Below are positions 11,016-22,239 of a stretch of 30,752 nt of DNA, piece by piece. Each line of letters opens with the position of its first letter. Position 1 is the stretch's first letter. Both the position numbers and the translations under genes were made by a program. The notes below the pieces were generated by a model. The model did no database searches. It worked only from the letters and a program-made list of their open reading frames with translations, and was not told the DNA's origin. The stretch is from Escherichia coli (lineage in GTDB: Bacteria; Pseudomonadota; Gammaproteobacteria; Enterobacterales; Enterobacteriaceae). Location of the stretch: NCBI RefSeq assembly GCF_003334315.1, contig NZ_QOWR01000055.1. One strand, given 5' to 3'.

Positions 11016-11566
11016 AATAAAGAAAACCTTTTAACGCCAAAACAAAAAAGTATTTCGTCGCGTAGTGTAAGCGATCACTTATTATATTTCCACAAAATTT
11101 AATCTATTTACAGTCCTGCGCGAGATTATTTCAGCTGTTATTTTCTGAAACTCTCAGAATAATTTCAAGATTATATATTAGCCATTTTGATGAGTAATTT
11201 AGATTATTGGTGAACAGAACGGCGCTCTCTGCTCGCTAATTCCGCAAGCCTGACAAAACCGAAGTGAATAAAAATGCAATATAACAGAATAAAAGAAAAC
11301 ACCCCTCACTGGTGCTTTCTGCTGTTAATGTACATTTTCTGGCATAAAAAATACTGTAAATGACACGGTCACGACATACACCGAATTCTCTACGCTTATA
11401 GCGTTACCTCACCCCCAAACTTTCATTAGTGAAATTAAAGGAAAGGTCATATCTAATTGATTTAATTGAAAATAAATCATATCGGCATGTAAAAATCCAC
11501 AATGTACAAAAAACGAGCCGTTACGGAATATTTTATCTACAAAAACTGACTAAATAAAAATTTTTC

Positions 11567-11580
11567 ACTAATTGATTAGT
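11567..11580. promoter_or_regulatory. Perfect 14-bp palindrome ACTAATTGATTAGT about 100 bp upstream of alaE; candidate operator
   Basis: Seen directly in sequence inside the 667-bp AT-rich stpA-alaE intergenic region. Function is inferred only. Confidence 0.3.
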
Positions 11581-11682
11581 CATAGCCAGCGATATACGCT
11601 ATGCGAAAATGCAGATGGCAATGAGATCCACTGTTTTCATCTCCATTAACATCCCATTACGCTTTTATTAAGGAGCATTAGC

Positions 11683-12132
11683 ATGTTCTCACCGCAGTCA
11701 CGCTTGCGTCATGCAGTTGCAGATACGTTCGCGATGGTTGTTTACTGTTCTGTCGTGAACATGTGTATTGAAGTTTTCCTCTCCGGAATGAGCTTCGAAC
11801 AGTCTTTTTATTCCAGATTGGTAGCGATTCCGGTGAACATCTTAATTGCATGGCCATACGGTATGTACCGTGATCTGTTTATGCGCGCGGCACGCAAAGT
11901 TAGCCCGTCGGGCTGGATAAAAAATCTGGCGGATATCCTGGCTTATGTGACGTTCCAGTCACCGGTGTATGTGGCGATCTTGTTAGTGGTGGGCGCAGAC
12001 TGGCATCAGATTATGGCGGCGGTCAGTTCAAACATCGTTGTTTCGATGTTGATGGGGGCGGTTTATGGCTACTTCCTCGATTATTGCCGCCGACTGTTTA
12101 AAGTCAGCCGTTACCAGCAGGTAAAAGCCTGA
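11683..12132 (+). CDS. alaE: L-alanine exporter AlaE (YgaW)
   Basis: 149-aa ORF, membrane protein; RBS aaggag 6 bp upstream of ATG. Confidence 0.9.
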   Translation: MFSPQSRLRHAVADTFAMVVYCSVVNMCIEVFLSGMSFEQSFYSRLVAIPVNILIAWPYGMYRDLFMRAARKVSPSGWIKNLADILAYVTFQSPVYVAILLVVGADWHQIMAAVSSNIVVSMLMGAVYGYFLDYCRRLFKVSRYQQVKA

Positions 12133-12143
12133 CTCTTCTTTTC

Positions 12144-12170
12144 GCGACTGGCATCGCCAGTCGCGTCTTT
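12144..12170 (+). terminator. Hairpin terminator candidate after alaE, overlapping the 3' end of convergent ygaC
   Basis: Perfect 8-bp stem gcgactgg/ccagtcgc with 5-nt loop, followed by gtcttt; located 12 bp after the alaE stop. Confidence 0.45.
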
Positions 12171-12513
12171 AACTGGCTTCGCCAAATAAACCATTCAAAT
12201 AACGTTCAAGCGCAACACGCGAACTAAAGCCATGCGGGATACCGTAATGCTCGTGTCGCTCGCCTGCTAAATAGAGCGGAAATTGCTGGTAATGATCGCA
12301 AGTTTTAATATCGGAAGCGGGTTCAGCCAGTGTCGAACTGCGTTCTTTTAATGTTGGATGAATTACCAGAGCGGTACGTCCCATTCGCGCTTCGCGATTA
12401 ACATAGACATAATTTTCCCCACGGCGGTAACCATACGCTTTCTGGGTTACCACATCGACAGTAAAACCGACTTTTTCAAGTACGCGCGCCACCTCGTCTG
12501 GTCGTAAATACAT
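12169..12513 (-). CDS. ygaC: Uncharacterised protein YgaC
   Basis: 114-aa minus-strand [42 protein letters not shown]...; conserved position between alaE and ygaM. Confidence 0.88.
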
Positions 12514-12664
12514 ATTTGATCCTCGTTATTATCAACCGCGGGCCTACCTTACCTGATTGCGCATTCACAACGCTTTCAGAAAAGTCCATAAAGCCGCGAT
12601 GAACCTCAGTTAAGAAAATTATGGTCTACACTGAAAATTACATCGAATTCTAATGGGGGATCAT

Positions 12665-12994
12665 ATGTTTAACCGACCGAACCGCAACGACGTTGATGAT
12701 GGCGTGCAGGATATCCAGAATGATGTCAATCAATTAGCTGACAGCCTCGAATCTGTATTGAAGTCCTGGGGCAGCGACGCCAAAGGGGAAGCTGAAGCCG
12801 CACGCAGTAAAGCTCAGGCATTGCTGAAAGAAACCAGGGCGCGAATGCATGGTCGTACTCGCGTCCAGCAAGCCGCGCGCGATGCCGTTGGCTGCGCGGA
12901 TTCTTTTGTTCGTGAAAGACCCTGGTGTAGCGTGGGTACAGCAGCTGCGGTAGGTATTTTTATCGGCGCACTGTTAAGCATGCGCAAATCGTAG
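12665..12994 (+). CDS. ygaM: ElaB/YqjD-family membrane-anchored ribosome-associated protein YgaM
   Basis: ORF 12653..12994; I prefer the ATG at 12665 (MFNRPNRNDVDD..., 109 aa), but 12653 is possible. C-terminal transmembrane anchor (GTAAAVGIFIGALL). Confidence 0.85.
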   Translation: MFNRPNRNDVDDGVQDIQNDVNQLADSLESVLKSWGSDAKGEAEAARSKAQALLKETRARMHGRTRVQQAARDAVGCADSFVRERPWCSVGTAAAVGIFIGALLSMRKS

Positions 12995-13025
12995 TGCAAA
13001 AATGATAATAAATACGCGTCTTTGA

Positions 13026-13056
13026 CCCCGAAGCCTGTCTTCGGGGTTTCTTTTTG
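13026..13056 (+). terminator. Rho-independent terminator downstream of ygaM
   Basis: Stem ccccgaag (13026..13033) / cttcgggg (13039..13046), loop cctgt, followed by tttctttttg. Confidence 0.7.
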
Positions 13057-13109
13057 CCTGGTGAATCACAAAAATCCCCCTACCCCGTCACGCTCATATC
13101 CAGGGTAAT

Positions 13110-13241
13110 TTCGACCACTATTTGCTATATATTGTGTGGTTGAATCTTTTTTCAACTACATCTAGTATCTCTGTATCAACAGAGAGACAACCCGACGCGT
13201 ATCATCGCGCCGTATCTTCATTTTAAACGGAAATACGAATC
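13110..13241 (+). promoter_or_regulatory. nrdHIEF promoter region with candidate NrdR/Fur operator sequences
   Basis: AT-rich tract ctatatattgtgtgg (about 13125..13139) and actacatctagtatct resemble NrdR-box/Fur-box like repeats; inverted repeat tctctg-N6-cagaga at 13168..13185. Regulation by Fur and NrdR is established knowledge for this operon; exact sites here are inferred. Confidence 0.35.
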
Positions 13242-13487
13242 ATGCGCATTACTATTTACACTCGTAACGATTGCGTTCAGTGCCACGCCACCAAACGGGC
13301 GATGGAAAACCGGGGCTTTGATTTTGAAATGATTAATGTCGATCGCGTTCCTGAAGCGGCAGAAGCGTTGCGTGCTCAGGGCTTTCGTCAGTTGCCGGTA
13401 GTGATTGCTGGCGATCTTAGCTGGTCTGGTTTCCGTCCGGACATGATTAACCGTCTGCATCCAGCGCCACACGCGGCCAGTGCATGA
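13242..13487 (+). CDS. nrdH: Glutaredoxin-like protein NrdH
   Basis: 81-aa ORF with redox motif CVQC ([18 protein letters not shown]...). Confidence 0.95.
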   Translation: MRITIYTRNDCVQCHATKRAMENRGFDFEMINVDRVPEAAEALRAQGFRQLPVVIAGDLSWSGFRPDMINRLHPAPHAASA

Positions 13488-13891
13488 GCCAGCTCGTCTA
13501 CTTCTCCAGCAGCTCCGAAAACACGCAGCGTTTTATCGAACGTTTAGGTCTGCCCGCGGTGCGCATCCCGCTCAATGAGCGGGAACGGATTCAGGTAGAC
13601 GAGCCTTACATCCTGATCGTGCCCTCTTACGGCGGCGGTACGGCTGGCGCGGTGCCACGACAGGTAATTCGCTTTTTAAACGACGAGCACAACCGGGCGT
13701 TGCTTCGCGGCGTTATTGCTTCTGGTAATCGCAACTTTGGTGAGGCGTATGGCCGCGCCGGAGATGTGATTGCCCGGAAATGCGGCGTGCCGTGGCTGTA
13801 CCGTTTTGAACTCATGGGTACGCAAAGCGATATCGAAAACGTTCGTAAAGGAGTAACCGAATTTTGGCAACGACAACCGCAGAATGCCTGA
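13484..13891 (+). CDS. nrdI: Flavodoxin-like protein NrdI
   Basis: 135-aa ORF; start ATG overlaps nrdH stop (ATGA at 13484..13487). Confidence 0.93.
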   Translation: MSQLVYFSSSSENTQRFIERLGLPAVRIPLNERERIQVDEPYILIVPSYGGGTAGAVPRQVIRFLNDEHNRALLRGVIASGNRNFGEAYGRAGDVIARKCGVPWLYRFELMGTQSDIENVRKGVTEFWQRQPQNA

Positions 13892-16008
13892 CGCAGGAAA
13901 CGATGGATTACCACGCGCTGAATGCGATGCTTAACCTCTACGATAGCGCAGGTCGCATTCAGTTCGATAAAGACCGCCAGGCCGTTGACGCCTTTATTGC
14001 GACGCATGTGCCTCCGAACAGTGTGACCTTCAGTAGCCAGCAGCAGCGCCTGAACTGGCTGGTCAACGAAGGTTACTATGATGAAAGCGTTCTTAATCGC
14101 TACTCTCGCGACTTTGTCATTACGCTGTTTGCCCACGCACACACCAGCGGTTTTCGTTTCCAGACATTCCTCGGGGCATGGAAGTTTTACACCAGCTATA
14201 CGTTGAAGACATTCGACGGTAAACGTTATCTGGAAGATTTTGCCGATCGAGTAACGATGGTGGCGCTGACGCTGGCACAAGGCGATGAGACGCTGGCGTT
14301 GCAACTGACCGATGAAATGCTGTCAGGACGCTTTCAGCCAGCCACGCCAACATTCCTCAACTGCGGTAAGCAGCAGCGCGGCGAACTGGTTTCCTGTTTT
14401 TTGCTGCGTATTGAAGACAATATGGAGTCGATTGGTCGGGCGGTAAATTCCGCACTGCAGCTGTCGAAACGCGGCGGCGGCGTAGCATTTTTGCTGTCGA
14501 ATCTGCGAGAAGCGGGCGCGCCAATTAAACGTATTGAAAATCAATCTTCTGGCGTAATTCCGGTGATGAAAATGCTGGAAGACGCATTTTCCTATGCCAA
14601 CCAACTCGGCGCTCGTCAGGGGGCTGGTGCAGTCTATTTACATGCTCATCATCCCGATATTCTGCGTTTTCTCGACACGAAACGGGAAAATGCCGACGAA
14701 AAAATCCGCATTAAAACACTGTCGCTTGGCGTGGTGATCCCGGATATCACTTTCCATCTGGCAAAAGAGAATGCGCAGATGGCGCTGTTTTCGCCTTATG
14801 ACGTAGAGCGAGTTTATGGCAAGCCGTTTGCCGATGTGGCCATCAGCCAACACTATGACGAACTGGTTGCCGATGAACGCATTCGCAAAAAATACCTCAA
14901 CGCCCGTGATTTCTTCCAGCGACTGGCAGAAATCCAGTTTGAGTCCGGCTATCCCTACATCATGTATGAAGACACGGTAAACCGTGCTAACCCTATCGCC
15001 GGGCGCATAAATATGAGTAATCTCTGCTCAGAAATTTTGCAGGTTAACAGCGCCTCAGAGTATGACGAGAATCTCGACTATACCCGCACAGGCCATGATA
15101 TTTCCTGCAATTTAGGTTCGTTGAATATTGCGCACACCATGGATTCCCCCGATTTTGCCCGCACGGTAGAGACTGCCGTGCGCGGTTTAACGGCAGTATC
15201 AGATATGAGTCATATCCGCAGCGTGCCGTCCATCGAAGCCGGAAATGCCGCCTCGCACGCCATCGGACTGGGGCAGATGAATTTACACGGCTATCTGGCG
15301 CGAGAAGGCATCGCTTATGGTTCGCCGGAAGCACTGGATTTCACCAATCTCTATTTCTATGCCATCACCTGGCATGCACTGCGTACCTCGATGTTGCTGG
15401 CACGCGAACGCGGTGAAACCTTCGCCGGGTTCAAACAGTCACGCTATGCCAGTGGTGAATATTTTAGCCAATATCTGCAAGGGAACTGGCAGCCGAAAAC
15501 GGCGAAAGTTGGCGAACTGTTTACCCGTAGCGGTATTACGTTACCTACCCGTGAGATGTGGGCGCAGCTGCGCGACGACGTGATGCGCTACGGCATATAC
15601 AACCAGAATCTTCAGGCGGTGCCGCCAACCGGTTCTATCTCTTATATCAACCATGCTACGTCGAGTATTCATCCGATTGTGGCGAAAGTAGAGATACGCA
15701 AAGAGGGCAAAACAGGACGCGTTTACTACCCTGCCCCGTTTATGACTAACGAGAATCTGGCGCTGTATCAGGACGCTTACGAAATTGGCGCAGAAAAGAT
15801 CATCGACACCTACGCGGAAGCGACTCGCCATGTCGATCAGGGGCTGTCGCTGACGCTTTTTTTCCCCGATACCGCCACCACTCGCGATATCAACAAAGCG
15901 CAGATTTACGCCTGGCGCAAGGGTATCAAAACGCTCTATTACATCCGCCTGCGTCAGATGGCGCTGGAAGGCACTGAAATTGAAGGCTGCGTCTCCTGTG
16001 CACTTTAA
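13864..16008 (+). CDS. nrdE: Class Ib ribonucleoside-diphosphate reductase alpha subunit
   Basis: 714-aa ORF, ribonucleotide reductase large subunit with C-terminal CxxC-type tail (CVSCAL); overlaps nrdI by 28 nt. Confidence 0.96.
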   Translation: MATTTAECLTQETMDYHALNAMLNLYDSAGRIQFDKDRQAVDAFIATHVPPNSVTFSSQQQRLNWLVNEGYYDESVLNRYSRDFVITLFAHAHTSGFRFQTFLGAWKFYTSYTLKTFDGKRYLEDFADRVTMVALTLAQGDETLALQLTDEMLSGRFQPATPTFLNCGKQQRGELVSCFLLRIEDNMESIGRAVNSALQLSKRGGGVAFLLSNLREAGAPIKRIENQSSGVIPVMKMLEDAFSYANQLGARQGAGAVYLHAHHPDILRFLDTKRENADEKIRIKTLSLGVVIPDITFHLAKENAQMALFSPYDVERVYGKPFADVAISQHYDELVADERIRKKYLNARDFFQRLAEIQFESGYPYIMYEDTVNRANPIAGRINMSNLCSEILQVNSASEYDENLDYTRTGHDISCNLGSLNIAHTMDSPDFARTVETAVRGLTAVSDMSHIRSVPSIEAGNAASHAIGLGQMNLHGYLAREGIAYGSPEALDFTNLYFYAITWHALRTSMLLARERGETFAGFKQSRYASGEYFSQYLQGNWQPKTAKVGELFTRSGITLPTREMWAQLRDDVMRYGIYNQNLQAVPPTGSISYINHATSSIHPIVAKVEIRKEGKTGRVYYPAPFMTNENLALYQDAYEIGAEKIIDTYAEATRHVDQGLSLTLFFPDTATTRDINKAQIYAWRKGIKTLYYIRLRQMALEGTEIEGCVSCAL

Positions 16009-16977
<969 letters not shown>

Positions 16978-17235
16978 GGGTGTTATTTTCAAAAATATCA
17001 CTACCCGCAGCAGGGAAATAATTCCCGCCAAATAGCTTTTTATCACGCAAATAATTTGTGGTGATCTACACTGATACTCTGTTGCATTATTCGCCTGAAA
17101 CCACAATATTCAGGCGTTTTTTCGCTATCTTTGACAAAAAATATCAACTTTCTCGATTTGCTCTCAGCCCTTATATCACGGGAAATTCCGGCGATTTGCT
17201 CGCATCAATATTCATGCCACATTTGCCATCAGGGG

Positions 17236-17263
17236 TTGCCTCAGATTCTCAGTATGTTAGGGT
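17236..17263 (+). promoter_or_regulatory. proU sigma-70 promoter (-35 TTGCCT, 16-bp spacer, -10 TAGGGT)
   Basis: TTGCCT at 17236..17241 and TAGGGT at 17258..17263 read directly; matches the osmoregulated proU promoter architecture known from E. coli/Salmonella. Confidence 0.6.
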
Positions 17264-17330
17264 AGAAAAAAGTGACTATTTCCATTGGGTAATATATCGA
17301 CATAGACAAATAAAGGAATCTTTCTATTGC

Positions 17331-18533
17331 ATGGCAATTAAATTAGAAATTAAAAATCTTTATAAAATATTTGGCGAGCATCCACAGCGAGCGTTCAAAT
17401 ATATCGAACAAGGACTTTCAAAAGAACAAATTCTGGAAAAAACTGGGCTATCGCTTGGCGTAAAAGACGCCAGTCTGGCCATTGAAGAAGGCGAGATATT
17501 TGTCATCATGGGATTATCCGGCTCGGGTAAATCCACAATGGTACGCCTTCTCAATCGCCTGATTGAACCCACCCGCGGGCAAGTGCTGATTGATGGTGTG
17601 GATATTGCCAAAATATCCGACGCCGAACTCCGTGAGGTGCGCAGAAAAAAGATTGCGATGGTCTTCCAGTCCTTTGCCTTAATGCCGCATATGACCGTGC
17701 TGGACAATACTGCGTTCGGTATGGAATTGGCCGGAATTAATGCCGAAGAACGCCGGGAAAAAGCCCTTGATGCACTGCGTCAGGTCGGGCTGGAAAATTA
17801 TGCCCACAGCTACCCGGATGAACTCTCTGGCGGGATGCGTCAACGTGTGGGATTAGCCCGCGCGTTAGCGATTAATCCGGATATATTATTAATGGACGAA
17901 GCCTTCTCGGCGCTCGATCCATTAATTCGCACCGAGATGCAGGATGAGCTGGTAAAATTACAGGCGAAACATCAGCGCACCATTGTCTTTATTTCCCACG
18001 ATCTTGATGAAGCCATGCGTATTGGCGACCGAATTGCCATTATGCAAAATGGTGAAGTGGTACAGGTCGGCACACCGGATGAAATTCTCAATAATCCGGC
18101 GAATGATTATGTCCGTACCTTCTTCCGTGGCGTTGATATTAGTCAGGTATTCAGTGCGAAAGATATTGCCCGCCGGACACCGAATGGCTTAATTCGTAAA
18201 ACCCCTGGCTTCGGCCCACGTTCGGCACTGAAATTATTGCAGGATGAAGATCGCGAATATGGCTACGTTATCGAACGCGGTAATAAGTTTGTCGGCGCAG
18301 TCTCCATCGATTCGCTTAAAACCGCGTTAACGCAGCAGCAAGGTCTTGATGCGGCGCTGATTGATGCGCCGTTAGCAGTCGATGCACAAACGCCTCTTAG
18401 CGAGTTGCTCTCTCATGTCGGACAGGCACCCTGTGCGGTGCCCGTGGTCGACGAGGACCAACAGTATGTCGGCATCATTTCGAAAGGAATGCTGCTGCGC
18501 GCTTTAGATCGTGAGGGGGTAAATAATGGCTGA
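17331..18533 (+). CDS. proV: Glycine betaine/proline ABC transporter ATP-binding subunit ProV
   Basis: ORF 17058..18533; internal ATG at 17331 ([19 protein letters not shown]...) gives the 400-aa protein. Walker [13 protein letters not shown] signature LSGGMRQR, C-terminal CBS domains. Confidence 0.95.
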   Translation: MAIKLEIKNLYKIFGEHPQRAFKYIEQGLSKEQILEKTGLSLGVKDASLAIEEGEIFVIMGLSGSGKSTMVRLLNRLIEPTRGQVLIDGVDIAKISDAELREVRRKKIAMVFQSFALMPHMTVLDNTAFGMELAGINAEERREKALDALRQVGLENYAHSYPDELSGGMRQRVGLARALAINPDILLMDEAFSALDPLIRTEMQDELVKLQAKHQRTIVFISHDLDEAMRIGDRIAIMQNGEVVQVGTPDEILNNPANDYVRTFFRGVDISQVFSAKDIARRTPNGLIRKTPGFGPRSALKLLQDEDREYGYVIERGNKFVGAVSIDSLKTALTQQQGLDAALIDAPLAVDAQTPLSELLSHVGQAPCAVPVVDEDQQYVGIISKGMLLRALDREGVNNG

Positions 18534-19590
18534 TCAAAATAATCCGTGGGATACCACGCCAGCGGCGGACAGTGCCGCGCAATCCGCAGACGCCTGGGGT
18601 ACACCGACGACTGCACCGACTGACGGCGGTGGTGCTGACTGGCTGACCAGTACGCCTGCGCCAAACGTCGAGCATTTTAATATTCTCGATCCGTTCCATA
18701 AAACGCTGATCCCGCTCGACAGTTGGGTCACTGAAGGGATCGACTGGGTCGTGACCCATTTCCGTCCCGTCTTCCAGGGCGTGCGCGTTCCGGTTGATTA
18801 TATCCTCAACGGTTTCCAGCAATTGCTGCTGGGTATGCCCGCACCGGTGGCGATTATCGTTTTCGCTCTCATCGCCTGGCAGATTTCCGGGGTCGGAATG
18901 GGTGTGGCGACGCTGGTTTCGCTGATTGCCATCGGCGCAATCGGTGCCTGGTCGCAGGCAATGGTGACTCTGGCGCTGGTGTTAACCGCCCTGCTGTTCT
19001 GTATCGTCATCGGTTTGCCGTTGGGGATATGGCTGGCGAGAAGTCCGCGAGCGGCGAAAATTATTCGTCCACTGCTTGATGCCATGCAGACCACGCCAGC
19101 GTTTGTTTATCTGGTGCCAATCGTCATGCTATTTGGTATCGGTAACGTGCCGGGCGTGGTGGTGACGATCATCTTTGCTCTGCCGCCGATTATCCGTCTG
19201 ACCATTCTGGGGATTAACCAGGTTCCGGCGGATCTGATTGAAGCCTCGCGCTCATTCGGTGCCAGCCCGCGCCAGATGCTGTTCAAAGTTCAGTTACCGC
19301 TGGCGATGCCGACCATTATGGCGGGCGTTAACCAGACGCTGATGCTGGCCCTTTCTATGGTGGTCATCGCCTCGATGATTGCCGTCGGCGGGTTGGGTCA
19401 GATGGTACTTCGCGGTATCGGTCGTCTGGATATGGGGCTTGCCACCGTTGGCGGCGTCGGGATTGTGATCCTCGCCATTATCCTCGATCGTCTGACGCAG
19501 GCCGTTGGGCGCGACTCACGCAGTCGCGGCAACCGTCGCTGGTACACCACTGGCCCTGTTGGTCTGCTGACCCGCCCATTCATTAAGTAA
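18526..19590 (+). CDS. proW: Glycine betaine/proline ABC transporter permease ProW
   Basis: 354-aa ORF with multiple TM segments; start overlaps proV end by 8 nt. Confidence 0.95.
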   Translation: MADQNNPWDTTPAADSAAQSADAWGTPTTAPTDGGGADWLTSTPAPNVEHFNILDPFHKTLIPLDSWVTEGIDWVVTHFRPVFQGVRVPVDYILNGFQQLLLGMPAPVAIIVFALIAWQISGVGMGVATLVSLIAIGAIGAWSQAMVTLALVLTALLFCIVIGLPLGIWLARSPRAAKIIRPLLDAMQTTPAFVYLVPIVMLFGIGNVPGVVVTIIFALPPIIRLTILGINQVPADLIEASRSFGASPRQMLFKVQLPLAMPTIMAGVNQTLMLALSMVVIASMIAVGGLGQMVLRGIGRLDMGLATVGGVGIVILAIILDRLTQAVGRDSRSRGNRRWYTTGPVGLLTRPFIK

Positions 19591-19647
19591 CTCTGCACTT
19601 GCCCGGTGACGCCGGGCATTATCACCCTGCCAAAAAAAGGAATAACA

Positions 19648-20640
19648 ATGCGACATAGCGTACTTTTTGCGACAGCGTTTGCCACGCTTATCTCTACACA
19701 AACTTTTGCTGCCGATCTGCCGGGCAAAGGCATTACTGTTAATCCAGTTCAGAGCACCATCACTGAAGAAACCTTCCAGACGCTGCTGGTCAGTCGTGCG
19801 CTGGAGAAATTAGGTTATACCGTCAACAAACCCAGCGAAGTAGATTACAACGTTGGCTACACCTCGCTTGCTTCCGGCGATGCAACCTTCACCGCCGTGA
19901 ACTGGACGCCACTGCATGACAACATGTACGAAGCTGCCGGTGGCGATAAGAAATTTTATCGTGAAGGGGTATTTGTTAACGGCGCGGCACAGGGTTACCT
20001 GATCGATAAGAAAACCGCCGACCAGTACAAAATCACCAACATCGCACAACTGAAAGATCCGAAGATCGCCAAACTGTTCGATACCAACGGCGACGGAAAA
20101 GCGGATTTAACCGGTTGTAACCCTGGCTGGGGCTGCGAAGGTGCGATCAACCACCAGCTTGCCGCGTATGAACTGACCCATACCGTGACGCATAATCAGG
20201 GGAACTACGCGGCGATGATGGCCGACACCATCAGTCGCTACAAAGAGGGCAAACCGGTGTTTTACTACACCTGGACGCCGTACTGGGTGAGTAATGAGCT
20301 GAAGCCAGGGAAAGATGTGGTCTGGTTGCAGGTGCCGTTCTCCGCACTGCCGGGCGATAAAAACGCCGATACCAAACTGCCGAATGGTGCGAATTATGGC
20401 TTCCCGGTCAGCACCATGCATATCGTTGCCAACAAAGCCTGGGCCGAGAAAAACCCGGCAGCAGCGAAACTGTTTGCCATTATGCAGTTGCCAGTGGCAG
20501 ATATTAACGCCCAGAACGCCATTATGCATGACGGCAAAGCCTCAGAAGGCGATATTCAGGGACACGTTGATGGTTGGATCAAAGCCCACCAGCAGCAGTT
20601 CGATGGCTGGGTGAATGAGGCGCTGGCAGCGCAGAAGTAA
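19648..20640 (+). CDS. proX: Glycine betaine/proline ABC transporter periplasmic binding protein ProX
   Basis: ORF 19606..20640; ATG at 19648 ([21 protein letters not shown]...) gives 330 aa with a signal peptide. Confidence 0.94.
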   Translation: MRHSVLFATAFATLISTQTFAADLPGKGITVNPVQSTITEETFQTLLVSRALEKLGYTVNKPSEVDYNVGYTSLASGDATFTAVNWTPLHDNMYEAAGGDKKFYREGVFVNGAAQGYLIDKKTADQYKITNIAQLKDPKIAKLFDTNGDGKADLTGCNPGWGCEGAINHQLAAYELTHTVTHNQGNYAAMMADTISRYKEGKPVFYYTWTPYWVSNELKPGKDVVWLQVPFSALPGDKNADTKLPNGANYGFPVSTMHIVANKAWAEKNPAAAKLFAIMQLPVADINAQNAIMHDGKASEGDIQGHVDGWIKAHQQQFDGWVNEALAAQK

Positions 20641-20650
20641 TTTTTATTCG

Positions 20651-20840
20651 GGCGGATAAGGCGTTTTTACCTCATCCGCCGCTCTGTACACAATGCCTGA
20701 TGCGACGCTGGAGCGTCTTATCATGCCTACAAAATACACTCATTCCGTATGGCGGATAAGGCGTTTTCGCCGCATCCGTCGTTCTGTGCACAATGCCTGA
20801 TGCGACGCTGGCGCGTCTTATCATGCCTACAAACCACATC
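20651..20840. repeat. Two tandem about 100-bp BIME/REP units downstream of proX
   Basis: Unit 1 starts at 20651 and unit 2 at 20751 (ggcggataaggcgtttt...gcacaatgcctgatgcgacgctggngcgtcttatcatgcctacaaa), near-identical with a few substitutions; contain REP-like palindromic cores. Confidence 0.7.
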
Positions 20841-20931
20841 GCACATTTCAACAATCTATCTTTCATCCCATATTCATCAACATCCGCTATTATTGATTTC
20901 CAGCTTAATCATCACCTGATGAACAAAAATA

Positions 20932-22116
20932 ATGACTAAACCTAATCATGAGCTTAGCCCGGCGCTGATCGTGCTGATGTCTATCGCCACCGGTCTGGCG
21001 GTAGCCAGTAACTATTACGCCCAGCCATTGCTCGACACCATCGCGCGTAACTTTTCCCTTTCCGCCAGTTCGGCAGGCTTTATTGTTACCGCCGCGCAGT
21101 TGGGCTATGCCGCAGGTCTACTGTTTCTTGTTCCCCTCGGTGATATGTTTGAACGCCGCCGCCTGATTGTCTCGATGACCTTACTGGCGGCATGCGGCAT
21201 GTTGATTACCGCCAGCAGTCAGTCGCTGGCGATGATGATCCTCGGTACGGCATTAACCGGTTTATTCTCAGTCGTGGCACAAATTCTGGTTCCGCTGGCA
21301 GCGACGCTGGCTTCACCGGATAAACGCGGCAAAGTGGTTGGCACTATTATGAGCGGTCTGCTGTTGGGGATCTTGCTGGCACGGACAGTTGCCGGATTGC
21401 TGGCGAATCTCGGCGGCTGGCGCACCGTCTTTTGGGTTGCTTCGGTGTTAATGGCACTGATGGCGCTGGCATTATGGCGTGGTCTGCCACAAATGAAATC
21501 AGAAACCCACCTCAACTACCCACAGTTGTTGGGTTCCGTTTTCAGTATGTTTATCAGCGATAAAATTCTGCGTACCCGCGCGTTGCTGGGCTGCCTGACC
21601 TTTGCCAATTTCAGCATTCTCTGGACCTCAATGGCCTTTTTGCTTGCCGCTCCACCTTTTAACTACAGCGATGGTGTCATTGGTCTGTTTGGACTTGCGG
21701 GAGCTGCCGGAGCGTTGGGCGCTCGTCCGGCGGGCGGTTTTGCCGATAAGGGCAAATCGCACCACACCACAACTTTCGGTCTGCTGCTGCTATTACTTTC
21801 ATGGCTGGCGATCTGGTTTGGTCACACTTCCGTACTGGCGTTGATTATCGGAATCCTGGTGCTGGATCTCACCGTGCAGGGCGTGCATATCACTAACCAG
21901 ACGGTAATTTATCGGATACATCCTGATGCGCGCAATCGCCTGACCGCAGGTTACATGACTAGCTACTTTATTGGCGGTGCCGCCGGTTCGCTAATTTCAG
22001 CCTCAGCCTGGCAACATGGCGGTTGGGCTGGCGTTTGTCTGGCTGGCGCGACGATTGCCCTGGTTAACTTACTGGTCTGGTGGCGAGGTTTTCATCGTCA
22101 GGAAGCCGCAAATTAA
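20932..22116 (+). CDS. ygaY: MFS-family transporter YgaY, apparently intact (394 aa)
   Basis: Uninterrupted 394-aa ORF with about 12 hydrophobic segments, located between proX and ygaZ. Confidence 0.8.
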   Translation: MTKPNHELSPALIVLMSIATGLAVASNYYAQPLLDTIARNFSLSASSAGFIVTAAQLGYAAGLLFLVPLGDMFERRRLIVSMTLLAACGMLITASSQSLAMMILGTALTGLFSVVAQILVPLAATLASPDKRGKVVGTIMSGLLLGILLARTVAGLLANLGGWRTVFWVASVLMALMALALWRGLPQMKSETHLNYPQLLGSVFSMFISDKILRTRALLGCLTFANFSILWTSMAFLLAAPPFNYSDGVIGLFGLAGAAGALGARPAGGFADKGKSHHTTTFGLLLLLLSWLAIWFGHTSVLALIIGILVLDLTVQGVHITNQTVIYRIHPDARNRLTAGYMTSYFIGGAAGSLISASAWQHGGWAGVCLAGATIALVNLLVWWRGFHRQEAAN

Positions 22117-22239
22117 GCAATCAGCAACCGTTTTCGTGGCTTTACACTTATAAGGGTGTTAAGAAGCCCATCAGTCTGATAAGGTTAAGATATTCATTCA
22201 GTCTATTTATAATATTAACAATCGTTAAGCGTACACTCT

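Noticed and set aside
16978-17057. Possible terminator after nrdF (gggaa-ataa-ttccc)
   Set aside because: Only a 5-bp stem and no adjacent T-run; may be part of the proU upstream regulatory region rather than a terminator.
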